Below, piece by piece: positions 1 through 64,000 of a stretch of 64,000 bases of DNA. Position 1 is the stretch's first letter; each line of letters starts with the position of its first letter. Position numbers and translations under genes: made by a program. Source of the stretch: Eledone cirrhosa (lineage: Eukaryota); assembly GCA_964016885.1 (NCBI GenBank), contig OZ024741.1, positions 94,178,001 through 94,242,000 on the forward strand. The letters are read 5' to 3'. Under the pieces are notes generated by a model. That model worked only from the letters and a program-made list of their open reading frames with translations, was not told the DNA's origin and searched no databases.

Positions 1-1252
1 TTCCACCCTAAAATCGAAAACAAAAAATATACATATCATTTGAAGGCAGACATTGGTAACAAGACGACGTGAATCCAATAACATACTGTTGTCTAACCGG
101 AGTCTAGCCAACTCGGATCATTGAATGAACGCTATCAATTATGATCTTAGTATTGGAGGGGGGGGGGAGAGCTAACTGTACTACCAATGAAATTAAACTT
201 GGCTACTACACAAAATAGCCCAGGTGAAAATATCCAAACTATCGATTCTGTTGACAAATAGTTCATGTATAATTCCTACTTTATACGAAAGAATGTTGTA
301 TAGAAGTTCTATATATCTATGAATTATTAGGGGGTAATGCTTGAGTATTCGGCGTAGTGAGTTCTAAACAGGGTTTAGATTCATAATTGTCGTAATGTCA
401 TTTAACCAAAGCCACTAGAAGAAGAAGAAGAAGAAGAAGAAGAAGAAGGGGTTGTTCATGAGCTTTACAAGCACTTCAAGATAGGTGAGATTGGTGTGAT
501 TGATGTTGAAAATGTGTAGACCAAAGTCGGTAACAAAAACGAAGATGGGTAAAGAATAAAAATAAATAAAAATAAATTCAAATTAAAAAAAAAAGAAGAA
601 AATAAGGCTTGTTTGCATAATTGAAAACGAATCGAATATTATTATTAATATTCGAAAAACTCAGATTACATTTATTGTATTCAGCCATGTAGAGCGAGCA
701 ATTTTTTTTTTTTTAATTTGGCAAAGCCGGCCATTGATCGCTCGTGTACAGGAACTGACTGGCCTGTGGATCTGCTAATATGCAGATCTGACTGATCAGC
801 CGGTCTGCTAATACGCAAATCAGGCCGATCAGTCACTGTATATTATATTTTAGAAAGTATCATATATTTTCACTAGCTCTGACAGTTGGCAGGTGAACAG
901 TGAACTGTATTGATGAAGGGTATTACCCAGAAACATTAGTACCTGGAGTTCTGTTTACATGCCAACATATATATATATATATATATTTTTAGGCGAATTA
1001 GCAGAGTCGGATGGAATGCTTTGTTGTATTCGCTCCGGGTCTCTACTCTATGAATTCAAATCCTGCCGTTGTCAACTTTGCTTTTCATCTTTCCGAGGTC
1101 GATAAAAAAAAAGTACCAGTCTAATATAGATTCTTCCTCTATATCTCTTTTCTCATTTCCTCTCCACACTTTCTATCTTTCTCAGTACTCAGGCCCAAGA
1201 AATGCCGTATGTCAATACGGCGTCCCTACGACTCTATCAGGAGTTACGGGAC

Positions 1253-1283
<31 letters not shown>

Positions 1284-1318
1284 TTGTTGTACAGCCGGCC
1301 ATGTTACTCTTCAATCTT

Positions 1319-1393
<75 letters not shown>

Positions 1394-1394
1394 T

Positions 1395-1457
<63 letters not shown>

Positions 1458-2519
1458 ATAATAATAAATTTGAAGACTAAAATCCAAAGAGGGCTCGGTA
1501 AGGATAAATATATATCAAATATATAATAACCGTAGAGCAAATATTTATTAAAATAACAGATTAAAGTTTAAGCAAAGAATCGCTGCTTTCACCCTTAACG
1601 GGATCTTCTGAAACTAACAAAGTCAATCTGTGAACGCAGAAGTGGATATTTCAAAAAACGTTGCAACCGGAGGAAGACAAGAAGACGATACTTTGGTTCA
1701 TGGAAACGTTCCCTGGCAAAGAACGGGAAAAAACGAATATAATACGTCATATGGTACACGTCATATGGTACATATGCTTTTGGTTATGTGTATACGGGAG
1801 TTTTGCGTCTGTGTGAGTATGCGGGTTCGTACGTATGTTGGGTGTATGTATATGTGTACTTCATGTTTCGGTTGACGTTGTCTCCGAAAATTTGTGTATT
1901 TACATGTAGGTATGTGTGTGTGCGCTTGTTATATACGTATTTATTTATTTATATACGTTTATTTAATTATTTATTTATTTGTATACACACACATATTTAT
2001 ATGTGCGTGGTTTTGTATACCTATGGCGAGTGTTTTCGCGTATGCTTGTGTATGTACGTATTTGGACACGTGTATGTATTTATTTCATTTCAATTACCTC
2101 TGTATTGTATTTTATTTACTTTATTCTTAACTCTGAAGCGGAGAATCATTCGGTTTCCTAGTTAGAATTTTAGTCTACGACTTCAGCTATACCATTTACG
2201 TGATTTTGTCTTTGCTTGCAATTGTTCTCCACGCTCCACATATGACGTATTATCTTCGTTTTTTTCCGTTCATTGCCAGAGAAGGTCTCTATGAACCACC
2301 TAAGAGAACATTAGTCTACGACTTCTTTTATACCATAAACGTGGTCCTGTCTTTGCGTGTAATTGTTTTTCACCGCTCCAATTAATGACGTATTATATTC
2401 GTTTTTTCCCGTTCTTTGCTAGGGAACGTTTCCACGAACCAAAGTATCGTCTTCCTGTCTTCCTCCGGTTGCAACGATTTTTGAAATATCCACTTCTGCG
2501 TTTACAGATTGACTTTGTT

Positions 2520-2570
2520 AGTTTCAGAAGATCCCGTTAAGGGTGAAAGCAGCGATTCTTTGCTTAAACT
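2520..2570 (+). ncRNA. Hammerhead variant (CAGAAGA core); inverted copy at 1565-1615
   Basis: agttt-CAGAAGA-tccc gttaa gggt-GAAAgca gcgattctt tgCTT-aaact. Confidence 0.6.
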
Positions 2571-2586
2571 TTAATCTGTTATTTTA

Positions 2587-2678
<92 letters not shown>

Positions 2679-2790
2679 ATACTTGGGGAGGGTCATATTT
2701 GTGTAATATTGCCAGAATTAATAACAGAACACACTCACTGTTTGGTTGGTTTTGGCTTCTCGCTGTCTTTTATATCTGCGATCTAACTTA

Positions 2791-2910
<120 letters not shown>

Positions 2911-3307
2911 GGGGAGGCGTTTGTGTGTAAATAATCTATTTTTAGAATCATTGAGCAATGGGACGTTTTTTTTTTATTTAAAATTGGTAGCTCTGCTGTC
3001 GGGGTCTTGAACATTTTCCTATATATATATATATATATATATACATATATATTCACACAATGGGTCAAATATATATACAATAGGTCAAATTAGATTCAGT
3101 AAAAATAACAAACAAAGTTTTATACTCACTGTTGTCACGCAAGGTAATGAGAATAGATAAGCTGATCCTACAACGATTAAAGTGAAGATCTCACGGGTAT
3201 ATTTATGAACAAAGAACCGACTGAGTTCGTCTTTCAAGCCTGTCAATGGTGATTCTAAACCACCAAACTAGAAAAGAAGATATATATATATATATATGCA
3301 TATATGC

Positions 3308-3358
<51 letters not shown>

Positions 3359-5609
3359 TATATGCATGTATATATATATATATGCATATATGCGTGTGTA
3401 TATATATATATATATTTATTAGTAAAAGGAACAAAGTTAAGTGTAGGTTAACATACTGACTGAAGAGAGTCAAAAATATTTTTTAGTCAATTTTGATTAA
3501 AAATTACATGGAAATATGGAATTTAGTGTGTGTCTTGTCTTTGGTATTTATAGTGGCAAGTTTATATATACTCGCTCATATACCTAAGATGTACTGAGAT
3601 ATAAAACCCTAGTTGTTTAGATAACGGTTTTTTTGGAAAGCAATATTTGGCAATTTGTTTCTAAATCAAAATCACTTCCGATCAACTTTAGAGAGTAAGA
3701 TCGCCCATACTTTATATTAGCCCTGTGAATCGGTGGAATAGCAGGATCATTAGAGCACCGGACAAAATGTTTCGTAATATTTGGTTACAGCTCTTTACCT
3801 CCTGAGTTCAAATCTCGCCGAAACCAACTATACCTTTCATCCTTCCGTGGTCGATAAAATAAATGCCAGTGAAGTACTGGGGTTGATTTAATCAACTTTC
3901 ACTTTCCAATATTGTGTCTATTTTAGAAGCAATTATACATCAGCTCTGTACTTGTCTATAGATATCCATAATTTCTCTTTCTTTCATATTCAAATAATTT
4001 ATCAAATTTGTTTTATTTTATTTTACATTAGTTTTTGCATCTAGTTTATATTGTTGAACTAGAGTTTGTCTTGTTTCTAGTCACGGAAAATTAGAATTTG
4101 TAATAGGTTTCGACAATCTAAGTACCAGCTTTTGTTGTTTAGCTCCAAGGGATTCATGATTGACCGGATTTATGATAAAAGGCGTTCCAGCCACGACGAC
4201 ACACTTTTCAACAGGACATATACTGTTCAATGTGTTCTACTTTCACGCACGTTGAGTGACTATGTAAACGCATCTTCTTTAGAATAAGTACCAGTAAGAT
4301 AGTCGCGCGAATCGCGTTAATATTGGTTTCTATTAGAAAAATATTATTTGTGGGCAGTCGAAAGAAAATCGGTTTACGTTACTTTTTTTTAACGTGAAAA
4401 ATCGCTGTACTTACCGCACTATCTAGACCTAGGGTTAGCAACATAAGAAAAAACAGAATCGACCAAGCTGTAGAACCAGGCAGGGTAGAAATAGCTTCAG
4501 GGTAAACGATGAACACTAAACCAGGACCTTAACAAAAGATTTACAACAGAAAAAATATTAAAAACGTATGTAAACAAAATTTTACTTTGGTAAAGGCTCG
4601 TCATTGTCATAAATTGGAAGTTTGATTTCAGCACGGCAAACCAGCAAATTTCTCTGGATTCTATTAAATTAGACACACAGACTTTATAATTTAAAGACTT
4701 GGTAAATTGCATTTTGAGGTGTCGAAAAGGCTGAGTCGCTAGAACGTCAGATAGAATGTTTTGTAGTATTCGTTTCGCCCTCCGCGTTCTGAGTTCAAAA
4801 CACATTGTGTTCAACATTGCCTTTCATTTTTTCGAGCTCTATAACAGAAGTACCAGTTCACTGCCAGGGTCGATTCATTCTCTATATATCTTTGTTACTT
4901 TCTCCTTATCATCCACTCTCTTCTTCTCTGGAAGGGTCTGTCTCCTGTCAGTTATAAAATGCCTTAGATATGTTGTGTGTGACTACGGCACCTCTGCAAC
5001 TGCATCAGGAATTACAGGTTCATACATACAAATAGAATATTGTGAAGTTCACACCTTCCCATGTATACATCTCAATGTTTCAAATCTTGGAAAAATATTT
5101 ATTTAGCGTTGGTCGAACAAAATGATTCGTCTTATTAATGAAATTCTGATTAAAACACATAAGACATGAATATATTCAACCTTGAGTGCAAATAGTGTCA
5201 ACTAAGATCCATTACAGAATATAAAACTGTGATTTCAGTTTCAGATTCTGTTGGAATACGTCCCATTATCCTCTTTACATATTAAACTTCTTTTGTGTTA
5301 ATAACAGTAGTTGTTATTAACAGTACTATTTACTACTGTTCTTAATGGCAGTAGTAAGGGTGGTGGATTGGCACAATGCTTCGTCACATAGAGTTACGGC
5401 CCTTTATGTTCTGAGTTCAAATCCCGCCGTGATTAGCTCTTTGCCTTTCATCCTTACGGGGTCGATTTAATCAACTTTCCTCTCCCCCAAAATTGCTGGT
5501 CTTGTGCCTATAGTAGAAATCATTAATGGCAGTAGTAAAATGTTCGAATTCAGTATTTTTATTTTTTGTAAGCTGTTTAATGTCTCAAAAACAAGAGGAT
5601 GTAACTCAC

Positions 5610-59563
<53,954 letters not shown>

Positions 59564-60339
59564 CTGAAAAGAAAAAAAAAGAAGATATTAAATCATTATT
59601 CCAGTTTTTACATTGGTTTGTGAGATTCATAATCCGTTGGAACGCAGCTGAAACTACCTGAATAGTATGTCTTCATTTAATGAACTTTAGGTTAATCGAA
59701 CTGAAAATGGCCTATTTCTCTCAACACTTCAAAAGAATCTGTCAAAAATTATATATGTATGAGAAAGACCAACAAGGAAAGAAAATGCAGAAGAACAATA
59801 TTCGGGTGACACATTTTAGTTTAACATTTGTTATAGAGTCTTAACGTTTCGAATGTTAATCCTTTATCGGAAAATGGAATGAGAGGGAGAGAGAAGAATA
59901 AGGAATAGAAAGAGAGACGATCATAAGAAAGGAAAGAAAACAGGGGGAAACAATTTTAGCAGGGAAACACGTGATCATAGTATAATAAACCTTTTAAGGA
60001 GCTACACCTGTCTAGCTTCCTGTTATTTTAAAATAATCAACTCCGTACTCGCACCACCAACAACACAAACGAAGACGGGTGAGTTGCATTACGTCGAGTG
60101 CTCTCCCTAATATGACATCGAGGTTGACCATACGGAATGACCAGTTCTATCCAGTGGTGAACCAACAAACATATATATATAGTTACGAAACATAAGTCAA
60201 TTGCATGAACTCATAATCCTTTATTTACTGTATTTCGATGATAGCCACTGAATGGCTATGACCTCATCAGGCAGTTAGTCAGTTCTTAGATATGCCAGCT
60301 CTGTGTTTATGGTGTTGATGGTATCAGAGCCTTGGGACA

Positions 60340-60911
<572 letters not shown>

Positions 60912-60947
60912 AAAATAAACCAAAGAAGCCTTCAATACATCAAAAGT

Positions 60948-61001
60948 CTTTATTAGCCAACAATGTTTCGTCCTATTAAGGACTCATCAGGGCAAGTAAA
61001 G
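60948..61001 (-). ncRNA. Type I hammerhead ribozyme (inverted pLTR copy)
   Basis: Reverse complement of 63428-63481. Confidence 0.88.
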
Positions 61002-63427
61002 CTACAAGAAGCACTATCGGCCAATACAAGCCAAAAACTCAGAAGAATATGGAGTATACATCTATTAAAGCTTAGGAAAGATATCAAGGAAAAGTTGGCT
61101 AAGATTAAGAGTGAGCAGTTACAAACATAGATATGGACCAAATAGCAAGGAAGTGATTAACATGTTGAACCCACATTGCAAATATTGTATAATGGAAAAA
61201 CTTGAAACACAAATGGTAATATAATGCGAGAATTACAGTACGATATAGAATATAATATAATATAATAGATGGTGATAATAAAAAGCTTAATGTATGTATC
61301 ATTCTCTACCACCCCTAATATTAATTCTCATTTAGCTAGCACTAACAATAGGAAGATTAGGGACTCCTATTTGCGTACTACTAGTCTTGAAGGATCCATT
61401 AATGCCTTACCACCTGAGCAGACCTTATCTTATAATAACCCTAGGAGTGATGTATCACTCATTCAGCCGGTCAATAGCACTCGGATGTGTAACTGTAGAG
61501 TAGATATTAACTGCCCTTTAAATGGTCACTGCCTCTCTAGGAACATTGTTTATGCTTGTGAAGTTAAGACTAATTCTTCTAATAGCACATATATAGGCTC
61601 CACATCTAATACTTTTAAAACTAGGTTTAATTCTCATATCTCTAATTTTAAGCATGTTAAGTTTAAGAACTCTACTTCTTTAGCACACCATATCTGGGAT
61701 CTTAAAGGGGTTGGTATGCCATATAGCCTTAATTGGCGTATAGTAGCACGTTCTAATAACCTATCAACACACACTAAATTCTGTAATCTCTGTATCCTAG
61801 AGACTCACTCTATAATTTTCACTAGGGAAGTTTTGCTTAATAGAAAGTCTGAGATATTTTCTTCCTGCCCCCATGCCATTTCTAATTCTTTCTTCTATTA
61901 TAGATCTAAAAGTTCTGGTAGTTTAAATCGTATCCATTAGCTGCTATATTTCCTCATCTTTTTTGTTTAGGTTCATTTTGATTACTATCATCATTATTAT
62001 TATTAGTTTATTGCAGCTTTTCGATTTTAGTTTCCATAGTCTTTTGGCTACCATACCCTATCTATCTTCTTAAGCATTAGTATAGTTTCACTACTAACAC
62101 CTTATGAGTTTATATCTTATTAAATACTTTGTTTGGAGTCTCATTCAACTAATGAACCTCCTCCTCTACACACTTAATATCCGCCCCTTCTATTATACTA
62201 TATATAAATTTCACCTTTATGCTCCTTTTTATGATATTATATAATATATTGATTTTACTTTTATGCTCCTTCCTATCCTCCATAACCTCTCTTCTTTCTG
62301 TTCCCATTGGTCTACCATAGTTCTATTTAGAGTCCTTTTATTTGATAACGTTATTCAACTGAACGAAGCATATTTTACTCTATTCTTGATAATTTTATTG
62401 AGATATCTTAAACTTATACGGTTTTGATGACTTAAACACTAGCCAATTTTGAAGTGACTAAATATGTATTTTAAATACTTTTAATATTAATTAATTTAAA
62501 AAGGTTTTCTAGTCAACTCTCTGGTCTATATTTCTATCTTTTTTCTTTTACTTAACCGCTTGTGACACCTAAGTAAATATACTTGTTTTTGTTTTTCGAT
62601 CTTCGGTTTATTTTTTACTACTGCACGCTGTTTGTCTGACCATGTAATTTTATTAATATATGTCTGTATGTCAACCACGTAAATATATTTTGTAATATTT
62701 TGTGATATTTTGGTAATATTTATGCCAATGTAAAATGACTTGACCTCCGTGTATTTGTTACAATGGTATAGATATTTTTTCAACAAAATTTTTTCAACAC
62801 AATTTAGTTCTATATGATTTTTTTCTTACCCTGTGTAAAACTTTATACTATTTGTTAACCTTGAATTATATGTATGATGTAATTTTGTATATCTTTTGAT
62901 GCCAATATATTATAATATTGTTATTATAATGTTATTATAATGTTTCTATATTGTTTATGCACACTGACAGGGAATTATATATTATATTTTATTTTTATTT
63001 TTATCTTTATTCTTATTTTTATCTTTATTATATTATACTGTAAACAATATATATATATATATTTAAATACTTAATAAGTGTTAGTTTGTATTTGTACTAA
63101 TGTGTATATGTATATATATATATATATATATACATACATTAAGCTTTTTACTATCACCATCTATTATATTATATTATATTCTATATCGTACTGTAATTCT
63201 CGCATTATATTACCATTTGTGTTTCAAGTTTTTCCATTATACAATATTTGCAATGTGGGTTCAACATGTTAATCACTTCCTTGCTATTTGGTCCATATCT
63301 ATGTTTGTAACTGCTCACTCTTATTCTTAGCCAACTTTTCCTTAATATCTTTCCTAAGCTTTAATAGATGTATACCCCATATTCTTCTGAGTTTTTGGCT
63401 TGTATTGGCCGATAGTGCTTCTTGTAG

Positions 63428-63481
63428 CTTTACTTGCCCTGATGAGTCCTTAATAGGACGAAACATTGTTGGCTAATAAAG
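63428..63481 (+). ncRNA. Type I hammerhead ribozyme (Penelope pLTR)
   Basis: gcc-CTGATGA-gtcct taat aggac-GAAAC att GTT-ggc; distal cttta/taaag. Confidence 0.88.
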
Positions 63482-63625
63482 ACTTTTGATGTATTGAAGG
63501 CTTCTTTGGTTTATTTTTATAATTCTTCGGCTCTGTTTAATTACATTGAGCTATATCATATACTGTCATTTCTATAATATGAAGAGGGTGTTTAACTCCA
63601 ACACACTGTAGTATTTTAATTCTTA

Positions 63626-63658
<33 letters not shown>

Positions 63659-63687
63659 ATATATATATGTATGTATGTATATATATG

Positions 63688-63882
<195 letters not shown>

Positions 63883-64000
63883 GTATATATATATGTATAT
63901 ATATATAATATATATATATATACATGTATATATATATGTGTATATATATACATATATATGTATATATATATACACATATATATATATACATATATATGTA

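Noticed and set aside
5467-5609. ORF extension beyond ...EVATEG
   Set aside because: Intron read-through past the GTGAGT donor into a SINE.

Overview
AT-rich, microsatellite-dense eukaryotic DNA. The tRNA-derived Nin-type SINEs suggest a coleoid cephalopod, probably Octopus (inference). The window lies inside one minus-strand SLC6 monoamine transporter gene (DAT/NET-like, most similar to the invertebrate octopamine-transporter clade). Seven coding exons (1267 nt, TM1-TM7) splice in frame, including one GC-AG intron; the 3' exons are outside the window. The introns hold SINEs, Tx1-like, RTE-like and R4/Dong-like LINE fragments, two Penelope-like (GIY-YIG) elements and a Helitron-like element. 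The main unexplained signal is a dense population of type I hammerhead ribozymes. By eye there are about 12 with intact cores and about 14 decayed, from more than a dozen unrelated sequence families. Nearly all sit in small non-coding fold-back or tandem elements inserted in (TA)n tracts, one pair shows compensatory covariation, and six intact ones lie on the pre-mRNA strand. Most listed ORFs are microsatellite artefacts. All coordinates and folds were derived by eye.
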